A model generated the notes under the pieces. The model was not told where the DNA came from, made no database searches, and saw nothing but the letters and a program-made list of their open reading frames with translations. From a virus (taxonomy: Duplodnaviria > Caudoviricetes), in the IMG/VR virus record IMGVR_UViG_3300048691_000224: a stretch of 64,000 bases of DNA, one strand, 5' to 3'. This document shows positions 36,985 to 47,111 of the stretch, in pieces. The position numbers and the translations under genes are program-made. The stretch's first letter is position 1. Every line of letters starts with the position of its first letter.

Positions 36985-37476
36985 TTACATAATCAAGTCA
37001 GCTGGGCACATATTCTTCAAGAATTTTTGCCAAAAGTCGATGGGTGAAATCAATATCCATTTAGTTGGAGAGATTGCAATGCACATAACCTGATGTTTAG
37101 TTAGCGATGGATAGAAGAATGTGCGAGCTTGATCAAAATTAACGATGCGGTACCCACTATCCATTACAGTGTGATGTGTCGGGCCAACAACAAATAACTT
37201 AAAATTGCTATTGGTCAACTCATGTACCTTGATTACATCCATAGTACAAGTCGCCTTGTCACATACAATGACGTGCCAATCTACAGGCAGGTGAATCATG
37301 TTACCACCGATCTCTAAAGTAATAGAGGATGATTGCATTTCTACCCCGACGGTAATTGGTGAACAGAAATAGTCAAGGTGTTTAAGGTTATAATTCCAAA
37401 AACCATCAGACACAGCTTTCAAGTCACTAAGTGTGGAAATTGGTCGAGGAGTATCAAGTTTATCTAGTAGAATCAT
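36985..37476 (-). CDS. conserved beta-rich hypothetical protein
   Basis: Directly downstream of uvsW; start moved to ATG 37476. Confidence 0.6.
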   Translation of the reverse strand: MILLDKLDTPRPISTLSDLKAVSDGFWNYNLKHLDYFCSPITVGVEMQSSSITLEIGGNMIHLPVDWHVIVCDKATCTMDVIKVHELTNSNFKLFVVGPTHHTVMDSGYRIVNFDQARTFFYPSLTKHQVMCIAISPTKWILISPIDFWQKFLKNMCPADLIM

Positions 37477-37531
37477 GTGTGCTTTAGTTTGAATCGTAAA
37501 TGTTAGTATACATCGGTGTAGTATTAGGTCA

Positions 37532-38965
37532 CTACTCGCCAGCATACCTTACTTTTTTCACAGTGCACGGGTAGCGTGCATCTGTGTAATATTTTTGCCT
37601 TTGCCGCCCATGAGAAGCGCCAAATGAGTAATTGGTACCGATGTCATACAAGTTCACGTGCGTTTTGTCATGGGCCATTCTCAACCCACGCCCAATTGCC
37701 TGCACCACTCGTGTAAACGACTTGCCAATATCAATCAACCCCAAATTAAATACACGATCGATACTCAATCCTGTACCAGCAATTTGAACATTGGCGATAA
37801 CAATAATGTTATCCTGAGTCTCAAACAAATCATAGGCAACTCGGCGGTCCTTTTCTTTGTCTTGGCCGTATAAGAATGTACAGCGATCTCTACCGATAAT
37901 ATCAGCAATTAACTTACCTTGTTTGACAGATGATACCAGGATTAGTGTATTACCACTTTCGCTGGTATTAACTATGAACTCTGATATGTAATCATTTCTG
38001 TCACTATCGAGAATCAGTGCTTTTTTCTCAAAATCATATTCTGAGAAAACATTTGCCTTTGGATCGTGGGTGTCTTGCAACACCATCTGAGTAATCTGAA
38101 TGGTGGCGAGTAGTCCTTGATCCATGAGGGTAGAGGCTTCAATTGTATAAACAACATCTGATCCCATGCCTGCAATCACTGTGCGCTTATCAGACTCATC
38201 TTTGGGTAGTGTTCCTGTACATCCAATCCTCACTGGAATGTTCGCGCCGTGCTTAATCAACAATTTTTGAAGTACTTCACCCTTCGCGCCATGAACCTCA
38301 TCACATATGATGGCCTGAAATCCTCCACCAGATATAATTTCTGGGTGATTCTTCAGCGCTTGCCAGGTGGAGATCACGTGATCGTGTTCCAGATCCTTTG
38401 TCTTACCTGAGTACGAACCAACATCAAGTCCTACGGCGGCGTAAGATTTGACCGTCTGATTGATCAGTGTGACACTCGGAACAATTACTATAGATCGAAA
38501 CCCAACATCCTGGTAGACTTTGCTTAGTGCTGCACAGATATACGTCTTACCAGCACCAGTGCTTGCTAAGATAATACCCTTGTGGTGATTATCAATAATA
38601 GCATTCACTGCCTCTACCTGGTGCTTCCTCAATGTTATACCATATTGTGAGAATATAGATTCATTGATTTGAGCAATGTCCAGGTCAAGTGTACCACGTT
38701 GATCGTTGAGTTTGAGTTTGTACCCGAATCGTTGGATCGCTACTATGACTGTGGGTAGAAATGCTTGGTACGTTCTACCAGCTGTGGTAAAGAATGCTAC
38801 CTTGCCGTCCCACCGCCCAAGCTTAAACAGTGGCATGTACTTGTAACCAGGAACATAGAAGCTATTATTTTTAACCAACACATCAGTGTGCTCTGGAGTA
38901 AGACCACTCAGAGTGCAAGTCACTTCATCTTTAATGGTTACAGTACAGATTCGTTGGTTTTCCAT
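37532..38965 (-). CDS. uvsW: UvsW-like SF2 DNA helicase
   Basis: WDGK, LRKHQ, STGAGKT, DEVH, GCTGT, QAIGRGLR. Confidence 0.92.
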   Translation of the reverse strand: MENQRICTVTIKDEVTCTLSGLTPEHTDVLVKNNSFYVPGYKYMPLFKLGRWDGKVAFFTTAGRTYQAFLPTVIVAIQRFGYKLKLNDQRGTLDLDIAQINESIFSQYGITLRKHQVEAVNAIIDNHHKGIILASTGAGKTYICAALSKVYQDVGFRSIVIVPSVTLINQTVKSYAAVGLDVGSYSGKTKDLEHDHVISTWQALKNHPEIISGGGFQAIICDEVHGAKGEVLQKLLIKHGANIPVRIGCTGTLPKDESDKRTVIAGMGSDVVYTIEASTLMDQGLLATIQITQMVLQDTHDPKANVFSEYDFEKKALILDSDRNDYISEFIVNTSESGNTLILVSSVKQGKLIADIIGRDRCTFLYGQDKEKDRRVAYDLFETQDNIIVIANVQIAGTGLSIDRVFNLGLIDIGKSFTRVVQAIGRGLRMAHDKTHVNLYDIGTNYSFGASHGRQRQKYYTDARYPCTVKKVRYAGE

Positions 38966-38992
38966 TGGAGTAAAATTATTCTATTGTGGGGT

Positions 38993-39196
38993 TTACGGCT
39001 CATACATCGTCAGTATAATGTCCGAAATTGCTTGAATTGCTGCTGCCTTAATCTCAGTCGTCAGGCTACTATCACTATCGATTGCAATCACGAGCATTGC
39101 TCCGTAAAGATCAACTGGCGTAGCTGACGGTAGCATCTGTCGATGCATATTAGTAATTGCTGCAATGCATGTCTCTAAGTGAGAATTTGTTTCCAT
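38993..39196 (-). CDS. hypothetical protein
   Basis: 67-aa ORF. Confidence 0.5.
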   Translation of the reverse strand: METNSHLETCIAAITNMHRQMLPSATPVDLYGAMLVIAIDSDSSLTTEIKAAAIQAISDIILTMYEP

Positions 39197-39245
39197 TGAT
39201 TATCCCATTCACACAAGTTGGTGGATTCGATTTTATACGTGGCAA

Positions 39246-39692
39246 TTAACAGAATTTTTCCAGAGCTGGTTCAAAATAATCAGGACCTTTTCCAATTTTT
39301 CCCTGATCGTTGAAAATCGGCATTCCATCGACGAATTTAGAATTATTGGACGCTGACACCTCAGCTAGGGATTCAATCATGTCATACCCAAACATCCAAC
39401 CAACACCATTCGCGGTAACTTGCTGATCGCACAGAGAGTCCAATAGTTCTACGGGGTCAACTGCAAAAATGTTCACTCGATGATTTGATTTCAGATAGTT
39501 TGAAGCGTTTTCCGCTACTACCTTTAGTTCCTCTAGCAGTTTGATTGCATCTTTATCATCAGCGGCAATTCCTCTGAACATCTCAGCAAATTCTTCAATG
39601 TGTACAGCAATCTGCACACGTTTGTTTGCTTGTGTAGGGTTGGGAACAGCCTTGCTAAACCATTCGATAATTTCTTGTTGTGTATTTTTCAT
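39246..39692 (-). CDS. MazG-like / PRA-PH-family nucleotide pyrophosphohydrolase
   Basis: IEEFAEM, ELLDSLCD, EV..SN.SK, GKI.KGP.YF.P.L. Confidence 0.82.
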   Translation of the reverse strand: MKNTQQEIIEWFSKAVPNPTQANKRVQIAVHIEEFAEMFRGIAADDKDAIKLLEELKVVAENASNYLKSNHRVNIFAVDPVELLDSLCDQQVTANGVGWMFGYDMIESLAEVSASNNSKFVDGMPIFNDQGKIGKGPDYFEPALEKFC

Positions 39693-39976
39693 TGTGTGCT
39701 AATTGCTTCGTAAGTTTTGTGAAAGATTTCCGGTTTGCAGGCATAGAATTCACCCTCTACACCCTTGATGACATAATCACCCTCTGTAGCAATGTGGATT
39801 ACTTTAAGTTCCGAACCATCTTCGAGGGTACCAATCTCCATCTCACCCTTTGCACTCGGATGCCGAGCTTTTGATAGTTTACCCATACTAGATCCTAGAA
39901 ATTTTTTAAATTCAGGTGTAGGAGGGTACGTGAATAGCAGTGCGTCAATCACTACGGGTTTTTTGCGGTATTGCAT
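39689..39976 (-). CDS. conserved phage protein (KKPV / GDYVIKG family)
   Basis: YRKKPVVIDA, GDYVIKGVEGEFYACKPEIF. Confidence 0.75.
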   Translation of the reverse strand: MQYRKKPVVIDALLFTYPPTPEFKKFLGSSMGKLSKARHPSAKGEMEIGTLEDGSELKVIHIATEGDYVIKGVEGEFYACKPEIFHKTYEAISTQ

Positions 39977-39978
39977 AA

Positions 39979-41097
39979 TCAGACAAATCCAAATGGTTTT
40001 TTAGTACTATCTACTGTACGATTCCGAGCTTGCAAATTATACAACTCTGCTAAGGTGTAATCTTTGTTGCTTAATTGTTTAACATCATAAGTCGGGTCAT
40101 ACTCAGACATAAATGTACGGGCTTGCTCTCGTTCGAGAGCCTTGAAGTTGACTACAGAGAAGCACCGACCTGGTCGAAGCAGCGCTGGGTCGATTTTATC
40201 GTGCGATTCTAAGTTGGTTGTGAATATAATCTTCTTGCTAGCGCTTGATACCAATCCATCACCAACATTCAAGAACTTGTGCATCAACGTGTTGCCAGCA
40301 CTACGAGCTTCCAAGAATGTGTCAGCATCTTCCATGATTAGTGATCCGTGCTGCCCTTCCATGAACTCACCGAAGAAGTAATCCTTCTCTAGAATTCCTG
40401 TATCGTATGTGACCATTGCGTCTTTTTTCATACGCTGCAATAGGAATTTCAAGAATGTTGATTTGCCAGTCCCTGGTGTACCCAACAACACCAACACATT
40501 TTCACTTGATGCAATAAAATCATCCACAAACTTTTCTACACCGCCCTCAATGTATGGATATGCAGCATCAGTGACGGCGTGCTTTGGTGGCGTCAGAGGA
40601 ATATCAAACTGCCCACCATCATTGGAGTATACCCACGAGATCATCACATCGACTGGTGCGAAGTTCTCAAGTAACACACCCATAACTCCACTGACGAGCG
40701 TTTCATCACCTGCGATCTCGAGGTTACACAGATTGGCAGATCGAAATCGAACCTGAATCAACAATTCTTTATCTGGACACTGGAGCCACATCTGAGTTTC
40801 TGAAAACGCAAATACTAGGAAATTCGGGTATAGATCTCGGAGCAGTGCAAAGACGACCTTACCAGCAGCCTGGGTCTGGAATTGTTGTGTGCTTGTATTC
40901 TTTTTGGCATCATAACGAGCCTTGAGGAATGTAGACTCAGCGAGGTTTTTGAATGTAGATTCGACTAGCGATATTGGGTTTGTTGTTGGCATAGGTGGGT
41001 ATGTTTGTATTGAATAACGAGAGGATAGGGATGAACGAGCTAGATGAGCAAGCTCTCTAGGAAGGAACTGTTTGGCAGCGTGGAAACTGTGGGACAT
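39979..41097 (-). CDS. AAA+ ATPase
   Basis: GTPGTGKS, IMEDAD, FTTN, IDPALLRPGRC. Confidence 0.88.
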   Translation of the reverse strand: MSHSFHAAKQFLPRELAHLARSSLSSRYSIQTYPPMPTTNPISLVESTFKNLAESTFLKARYDAKKNTSTQQFQTQAAGKVVFALLRDLYPNFLVFAFSETQMWLQCPDKELLIQVRFRSANLCNLEIAGDETLVSGVMGVLLENFAPVDVMISWVYSNDGGQFDIPLTPPKHAVTDAAYPYIEGGVEKFVDDFIASSENVLVLLGTPGTGKSTFLKFLLQRMKKDAMVTYDTGILEKDYFFGEFMEGQHGSLIMEDADTFLEARSAGNTLMHKFLNVGDGLVSSASKKIIFTTNLESHDKIDPALLRPGRCFSVVNFKALEREQARTFMSEYDPTYDVKQLSNKDYTLAELYNLQARNRTVDSTKKPFGFV

Positions 41098-41108
41098 GAG
41101 TTTAAGTA

Positions 41109-41567
41109 TTACAAAAATAAATTATCGAGACTTGCTACACGTGCTTTGACCAGTGCGTTCAACATGAAGCCCTTTTGTTTCAGTGCTTCGCACGCGGCGC
41201 GGTACTTTTCTTCTAATTCAGACACTTCTAGGAATAGTTCTTTCAATTCCACTAGAGATTCTTCGTTGTTTACGTAGTTTTCTTTATCGCGGTAATTTAA
41301 CTCACGGGGGTGGTGCTCTGTGAAGTGTTTCCATAAGCGACCACGCACCTTCTCAACTCGGGTCTCAATTACCTTGCGCAGAGCTTTTAATTCTACTGCC
41401 CTCAGTTCGTAATACCCGACTAAGCTTGCTTGCTCGATCAGTAATTGATCCAGCGCCTTACCCTTCATCTTGAGATCGATAGTGACGTTTTTAAACTCAC
41501 TCTCAAACTTGTCCAAGATTTCGGATAGATTTTCGAAATTATTTCCGAGTGAATTGATTATACTCAT
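41109..41567 (-). CDS. uvsY: UvsY-like recombination mediator
   Basis: Helical 152 aa, ENYVNNEE..., near uvsX. Confidence 0.7.
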   Translation of the reverse strand: MSIINSLGNNFENLSEILDKFESEFKNVTIDLKMKGKALDQLLIEQASLVGYYELRAVELKALRKVIETRVEKVRGRLWKHFTEHHPRELNYRDKENYVNNEESLVELKELFLEVSELEEKYRAACEALKQKGFMLNALVKARVASLDNLFL

Positions 41568-42092
41568 TTATTGTAATTGGTCGCTAGGTGGGGATAAAAA
41601 TACACTACCTTCTGCCAGTCTATTGTTCAAATCAAGAATCGTTGCTTTATCTGCAACCATGTCGGGGAATTGGTTCAGTGCTTCATCTACAGCTCTGCTG
41701 AATAGCTCAAGTGGAGTATCATCAGCAAACAATTTGTCCACTACATTAGGAGTTGTTTCAAGATAGTCTAATAACGGCAGGTACGCATCATCGTCTCCAG
41801 CTTCGGCCGCAAGGCGCAGTGGAATATCAAGAGTGAAGAATGATCGTGTCCCACCACCCGGCGTCTCTGCAGATACAGAATAGTTCAACACTCCACTGTA
41901 ACCATCATACGCAAGATCAATCAACCGCACCTCTGTTAGGTTATACCGTGCATCTATGTGGGTCTCTATACAACCCCAGGTACCAGGTAGATAATTGGCA
42001 ATCGCCACACACATTTCAATCCAAACATTTGCTCTGTCTACAAACAAAGATGTTATGTGGTCCGTAAGTTGATTTTGATCTTGTGTACTCAT
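41568..42092 (-). CDS. hypothetical acidic protein
   Basis: 174-aa ORF between uvsX and uvsY. Confidence 0.6.
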   Translation of the reverse strand: MSTQDQNQLTDHITSLFVDRANVWIEMCVAIANYLPGTWGCIETHIDARYNLTEVRLIDLAYDGYSGVLNYSVSAETPGGGTRSFFTLDIPLRLAAEAGDDDAYLPLLDYLETTPNVVDKLFADDTPLELFSRAVDEALNQFPDMVADKATILDLNNRLAEGSVFLSPPSDQLQ

Positions 42093-42102
42093 AGTTGAAC
42101 CA

Positions 42103-43212
42103 TTATTCCTCTAGTTCATTCAACATTGCTGTTGCATTCATTACTTTCTGCGCACGCTTAGATGTCGTCGCAGAGGGAACATCATCATCTTCGGTAGGCT
42201 CTGTCAGAGTAATTGCTCTGTCACTAATCGCAGCACACCGGATAAGAACTTCATCTTGATACTCTGCAAAATCTGCAGCACGCCATTTAGTAGTACTATC
42301 AGCTAAACTGTACCACGCACCGTGTTTCTTGATGACTCCAAGCGAAATCGCCGCCTCAAACATACCATCGTGCTCTTCGATGCCGATTCCCCATTTGACG
42401 TGCATTGTACACTCTTGGAACGGAAGCGCGAAACGAGTCTTAAACCCTGAACACTTCATGCGTACACCAACGACATCTTTGGTTTGATCATCTTTTAACT
42501 TCAGACGAGTCACCAAGATAATTTGAGATAGAGCGTATCGAATTGCATCATTCACAACCCACTTACCTTCACCTTCCAACAACTGGTCAGCCTTGGCTCT
42601 GTACACCTGGCTAGTCACAGTCATCGTGACATTGAGTTGTTCGATCATATGCACGAACTTTTTCAACATCTTCTTCTGCATTTTACGTTGCAGACCCTGA
42701 TCAGCTGAACTCGTGCCTTTTTTGAAGTGCTCATACTCTGAATCTGTCATGAGCATGTCCAGCGAATCAATTGCAATGTGTACCTTTGGCGCATTGTCCA
42801 AATCAGCAGCATACTCTTCTTTGTACCCCTTCAAGAAGTTGTATACTAGAGACTCCACATTCTCAATTGTGATCACTTTCTTGTAGATGTAATTGTTCGA
42901 TGTGTCGATTCCAGCGCCGGTCATGAAGTTATCATCCAATGCATTCTCCGAATCGAGTACGAGCAAGAATGCACCATCACGTTGAGCTGCACGCGCAATA
43001 TTTGCGGTGATAAACGACTTTCCGGAGCTTGACGGTCCAACCAGGCCTAAAATACGACCTTGAGGTGCACAGTCGCTGAAGTTGCCTGACATAATTTTAT
43101 TAAGCGTGAAGTTTCCACTGCCTACCCAATAGCGTGGCTCAGCTGAACGGTCCGATACGCCTTCAATCTTACTTGCTTCCTTGTGAAAGGTTTCCAGGAA
43201 TTTAAATGCCAT
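42103..43212 (-). CDS. uvsX: UvsX/RecA-like recombinase
   Basis: GPSSSGKS, LDSENALD, IDSLDML, TSQVY, KTRF. Confidence 0.93.
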   Translation of the reverse strand: MAFKFLETFHKEASKIEGVSDRSAEPRYWVGSGNFTLNKIMSGNFSDCAPQGRILGLVGPSSSGKSFITANIARAAQRDGAFLLVLDSENALDDNFMTGAGIDTSNNYIYKKVITIENVESLVYNFLKGYKEEYAADLDNAPKVHIAIDSLDMLMTDSEYEHFKKGTSSADQGLQRKMQKKMLKKFVHMIEQLNVTMTVTSQVYRAKADQLLEGEGKWVVNDAIRYALSQIILVTRLKLKDDQTKDVVGVRMKCSGFKTRFALPFQECTMHVKWGIGIEEHDGMFEAAISLGVIKKHGAWYSLADSTTKWRAADFAEYQDEVLIRCAAISDRAITLTEPTEDDDVPSATTSKRAQKVMNATAMLNELEE

Positions 43213-43348
43213 GTGATGTGTCCTTGTTTGTTAATAAGTGTGTGGTTATATGTCCACTGGATACTCTGAGTATGAAATAATTATAAGTTGAATAATGCTC
43301 TGGTTGCAATATTCATACTTCAGATGTATTTGATTCATAGATGGAACT

Positions 43349-43379
43349 AAAATAGGGAGCACACTGGCCCCCTATTTTT
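43349..43379 (-). terminator. intrinsic terminator after the SSB gene
   Basis: AATAGGGGGCC...GCTCCCTATTTT on the - strand. Confidence 0.7.
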
Positions 43380-43402
43380 CAAACTATGTCATTGTACGAT
43401 GA

Positions 43403-44389
43403 TCAATATGGAATGTCATCATCCATATCATCGAATGTAGTCGCAGGCTTTGCTTTTGCAGCGCGTGATGCGCGAACTTGAGCCAAGAATGCTTCTGCTT
43501 CGTCAGCTTCATCTTCTGCCGCCGGCGCCGCCGCTGGTTTACGAGGAGCTGCAGCGCGTGGAGGAGCTTCATCCTCATCTTCCGCTGGGGCAGCACGGCG
43601 TGCAGGTGCAGCCTTTTTAGGTGCTGGCGCATCCATTCCTGATTCAGCCAATACTTCTTCAATCAAACCCTCGAGATATTCCACCGTTGGTTTCTTCCCC
43701 AACAGGACTTGGAGGTCAACGAAGTTAGGTGTTCCACCAGTTTCGTCTGTAAATTCAACGACAGCCAATTCATCATCTGTGAGTGCACGATTTGAACGAG
43801 CGAATTTAGAAAGTGAGTAATCAGACCACGACTCACCATTTGGACCTTTTTTCTCAGAACGGTTGATAATGAAATCAACACCATTTTCTGTGTGACAAGG
43901 CAAATCATCACCAAGCTCACCTGAAGAGATTCCGTGGCTGATGATATCATACAAGGTTTTACCAAGTGCTAGGGTAACAACCTTGCCTGTATACGTCTCG
44001 CCTGTTTCAGGATCTGGTGGTAGACCATCTTTAACAACAATAGCGCGTGCCATATAGTCAGTCTTTGGCCAGAATTTCTTTCCCATTACCTTGTCATTTG
44101 CTTTGTAGAATTGACGGCTCAGAGCCAAGATTGGACACGCTTCACCAAATGACTCCAGTGAGGTTGCACGAACCTTTTCACCATCAATTGTAGTCTCCCA
44201 CAATTTTCGTTCTTTGAGAAAACCTAGATCATTATCCTGGTTAGCATCTGGGAGGAATCGCAATGTTGCGCTCTTACCGATAGCCATCTTGTAGAATGGG
44301 TAGTACTGTGGTCGGTCTGATTTTGGGCCACTGGATTTAGAAAATGCTGCACGAGCTTTTTCAATGTTGAAGTTTTTGTTGTTAATCAT
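43403..44389 (-). CDS. single-stranded DNA-binding protein (T4 gp32-like)
   Basis: LRFLPD, CPI, YMARAIVVKD, YSLSKF; acidic C-terminal tail DDMDDDIPY. Confidence 0.88.
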   Translation of the reverse strand: MINNKNFNIEKARAAFSKSSGPKSDRPQYYPFYKMAIGKSATLRFLPDANQDNDLGFLKERKLWETTIDGEKVRATSLESFGEACPILALSRQFYKANDKVMGKKFWPKTDYMARAIVVKDGLPPDPETGETYTGKVVTLALGKTLYDIISHGISSGELGDDLPCHTENGVDFIINRSEKKGPNGESWSDYSLSKFARSNRALTDDELAVVEFTDETGGTPNFVDLQVLLGKKPTVEYLEGLIEEVLAESGMDAPAPKKAAPARRAAPAEDEDEAPPRAAAPRKPAAAPAAEDEADEAEAFLAQVRASRAAKAKPATTFDDMDDDIPY

Positions 44390-44695
44390 AATTTATAAGT
44401 CCTTGATATTAAAGTAAAATCTGGTTTATTCGGTCCCAGTAAACGATCTGATGACTGTTCTATATTAGCTGAATACTAATATGTGCTCAATCAAATTCTT
44501 GAATTAGTAATTTATGGTACCACCCAATGTGTAATGTCCCAATCGGGTGGGTTGTGAGTGATTTGGTGGGTAGATGAACGTTGAGTCTGCTACTGTAACA
44601 GGATTAAGTTTTTCTAAAAATAATTTGTGTTGTGTATGTTTCAAAATTTAGTGAGGGTTAAACGGTCCCTCTAACGTATCAATAGTGCAATGATC

Positions 44696-44701
44696 TATTT
44701 A
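44696..44701 (-). promoter_or_regulatory. late promoter core TAAATA upstream of the SSB leader
   Basis: TATTTA on +, about 300 nt upstream of the SSB start. Confidence 0.45.
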
Positions 44702-44863
44702 TGCGTCGATTGAATGAAGTATCCATTTTCTACCAAAGAAAATACACAAATCGAACTGTGAGTTGATCAACAGTTTCACAAGAGCTGCTTGATAATCCCA
44801 AGGTAGATTACTATGATAGTCACAAATACACCAAAGGCGGTTCCAGCGAAGAATGTGATCATA

Positions 44864-45994
44864 TTAGTACTCCGTGGGTTCGGCGAGAGATCGCAACACA
44901 TCATTATATTCACTTGCGACAAGAGATATATTGTGGAAGTTAGGAGTCCCACTAGCCATAACGAGGCTACTAAAGTGGTTGATTGATGATGGTAAGCACT
45001 TACCCCCATATCCATACCCTGTGTGACCAGGTACACTCCAGTGAGTCGTCCCAAGTCTTGGATCATTTGTAGTCAATACTGAGATAAACTTATCCCAGTC
45101 AGCAAGGGCTACCATTGGGGAACCGTGTGGGCGTACGTAATCCAGATATACATCAAACATTTGATTTGCAAGCGCAACTTTAACAGCAAGTGCAGTATTT
45201 GTAATAATCTTCGCAAATGCAGCTTCTGTTGGAGTGAGTCGCAGAATTGTCACCAAGTGATCAAAAGATCCGTGCTCGTTATATAGTGTTTTGACTACCT
45301 CCGCTAAATCATCGTCAGTGGTCCCAACAATGTGTCGAGATCTTGCTAGAAAGTCGTTGGTGGCATTACGTTCTGTCAGAAATTCTGGACAATACACCAC
45401 TGGCATATTGAACTCGATTCGTTCATCCCACCAATCAATTGGAGTGGTGGATTTGATAATTACTATCCCACCATATTTAAGCTTATCCAATTGCTGGAGA
45501 ATACCATCTAGTGTGGAGGTATCGTATACAGCAACACCCACGCCGGCGGTGGTATTGGTTGGGACACAGATAAAAATTACCGAACAGTCTTTCAAGTCTT
45601 CTAACTTGGTGTTTGAAAATTTAGTGTCGTAGATTGACACGCGACACTTTGGGTTAAATGCTGCCGCTACTGCTTGGCCAACAAACCCATATCCAACAAT
45701 ACCAATATGTAGCATCTTCTCAGAAGTATTCAGGGTAACAATTGGTTGGTCGTTGGGTAACACAGCCTCCGCTAGTGTGTATGCTACCCGATCTACTGGC
45801 ACCCACCAAACTGATGGGGTAGCATCTCGTCTACGGAGGCACATTTCAGAAGTTCTGTCGTAAGGAGAGAAATTAATTGACAGCACTTCACACTCAAACG
45901 GAAAGGTCCTCCATATTGGTGGAAGCACACATTCTGAGTGTTCGGCTGTAATAGTAATTACAGCTCCAGCTTCAGGGTATGGATGGTTTTGCAT
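44864..45994 (-). CDS. UDP-glucose/GDP-mannose dehydrogenase-family protein
   Basis: GIVGYGFVG, IFICVPT, KST, YCPEFLTE, GYGYGGKCLP; extra ~90-aa N-terminus; no C-terminal domain. Confidence 0.85.
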   Translation of the reverse strand: MQNHPYPEAGAVITITAEHSECVLPPIWRTFPFECEVLSINFSPYDRTSEMCLRRRDATPSVWWVPVDRVAYTLAEAVLPNDQPIVTLNTSEKMLHIGIVGYGFVGQAVAAAFNPKCRVSIYDTKFSNTKLEDLKDCSVIFICVPTNTTAGVGVAVYDTSTLDGILQQLDKLKYGGIVIIKSTTPIDWWDERIEFNMPVVYCPEFLTERNATNDFLARSRHIVGTTDDDLAEVVKTLYNEHGSFDHLVTILRLTPTEAAFAKIITNTALAVKVALANQMFDVYLDYVRPHGSPMVALADWDKFISVLTTNDPRLGTTHWSVPGHTGYGYGGKCLPSSINHFSSLVMASGTPNFHNISLVASEYNDVLRSLAEPTEY

Positions 45995-46070
45995 ACTATA
46001 TTATTCGATAAAAATAATGATTGTTAGACCAACAATTAACGCAGCGAAAAATATTGTCATGGTGTAGATT

Positions 46071-46619
46071 CTAAATGGTTAGTTGGGATTTAACGAGAGT
46101 TACGTGATCAGATGTCAAGAATCTCAATCCAGGATTGACGTGGTTCACAAGTAAGGTTCGGCTATCAAGTTCACCTGCTGCTGTGGGGTTTCTGTGGTCA
46201 ATCAAACCAGTCCCTGAGTTAGTGTCATCAAGCACAAAGTACGATTGTGGGGTAGCAAGCTGATCAGAGTACTCCAAGAGCCACGTATTGATTCGATCAC
46301 GGCGGGTCGGTACTACAGGCTTACACGAAAATGTCAGTTCGGGGTAGATTACCGTCTGGGGAAAGTGTCGACTCAAAACTTCATTGAGTACTTTCCGAGT
46401 AGCATACTTGATCCAGCTCGTACTGAGTACAATGACTGGTGCCAGATCAGCGTCACGCAAGTGATAGATCAGTTCGTATACAGCATTGACGGATGTAGAA
46501 TTGAATACAAAGTTTTCGCGCAACCAGTATGTAGACTTGAGCTGCACCGGTCGATTTTGATTCGCTGGTTCGATAAGCACATCATCGAAGTCTAAAAATA
46601 TTGCAAATTTATCAACCAT
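46071..46619 (-). CDS. HAD-superfamily phosphatase (Swiss-army-knife RNA repair HAD type)
   Basis: IFLDFDDVL, VLSTSW, R..RI..WL, YFVLDD. Confidence 0.75.
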   Translation of the reverse strand: MVDKFAIFLDFDDVLIEPANQNRPVQLKSTYWLRENFVFNSTSVNAVYELIYHLRDADLAPVIVLSTSWIKYATRKVLNEVLSRHFPQTVIYPELTFSCKPVVPTRRDRINTWLLEYSDQLATPQSYFVLDDTNSGTGLIDHRNPTAAGELDSRTLLVNHVNPGLRFLTSDHVTLVKSQLTI

Positions 46620-46631
46620 GTGTATACAGCA

Positions 46632-46838
46632 TCACTTGTTTTTGTTGAACAGATTGGCGAAAATGATAATTGTTGATAAGAACATGATTACCTTTCCTAC
46701 CCCTTTGAGAAACTTGGCGGAAGGCTTTTCAGAGTTATCCTCTACCCAATCCGCGAGGTAAATCATACTAATGATAAAAGCAAGCACGCAAAAGATAAAA
46801 AAGCCAACTTGCAGCATGGCGAGTGTAAATTCTAACAT
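46632..46838 (-). CDS. small membrane protein
   Basis: Two hydrophobic segments. Confidence 0.55.
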   Translation of the reverse strand: MLEFTLAMLQVGFFIFCVLAFIISMIYLADWVEDNSEKPSAKFLKGVGKVIMFLSTIIIFANLFNKNK

Positions 46839-46847
46839 AGCAAATCT

Positions 46848-47111
46848 CTATAAAATCTGATATAATTCAGAAAATTTTAACCACTTTCGAGGGGTGATGT
46901 CGGGAGTTCCCGAATTATCTAAAAATTGAACCTCCACCAATCCTGTTAATAGAGTTGGATTACTACCACGGCCAGCAAAGCGCCCTGTCAATCCAACTAC
47001 ATTACCTTCGTATATGAACTGACTAGCCATGTACGCTGTTAGCAGTTTGTTTATAGCATCAGGCACTGTACTACTATCCTTGTTTGTTGAGCATATTAAA
47101 TACACCCACAC
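46848..47111 (-). CDS. hypothetical protein
   Basis: ORF in operon; start uncertain. Confidence 0.45.
   Translation of the reverse strand: MWVYLICSTNKDSSTVPDAINKLLTAYMASQFIYEGNVVGLTGRFAGRGSNPTLLTGLVEVQFLDNSGTPDITPRKWLKFSELYQIL

Noticed and set aside
44519-44550. T4 gene-32-type pseudoknot in the SSB leader
   Set aside because: The hairpin is present, but I found no downstream sequence complementary to its loop.
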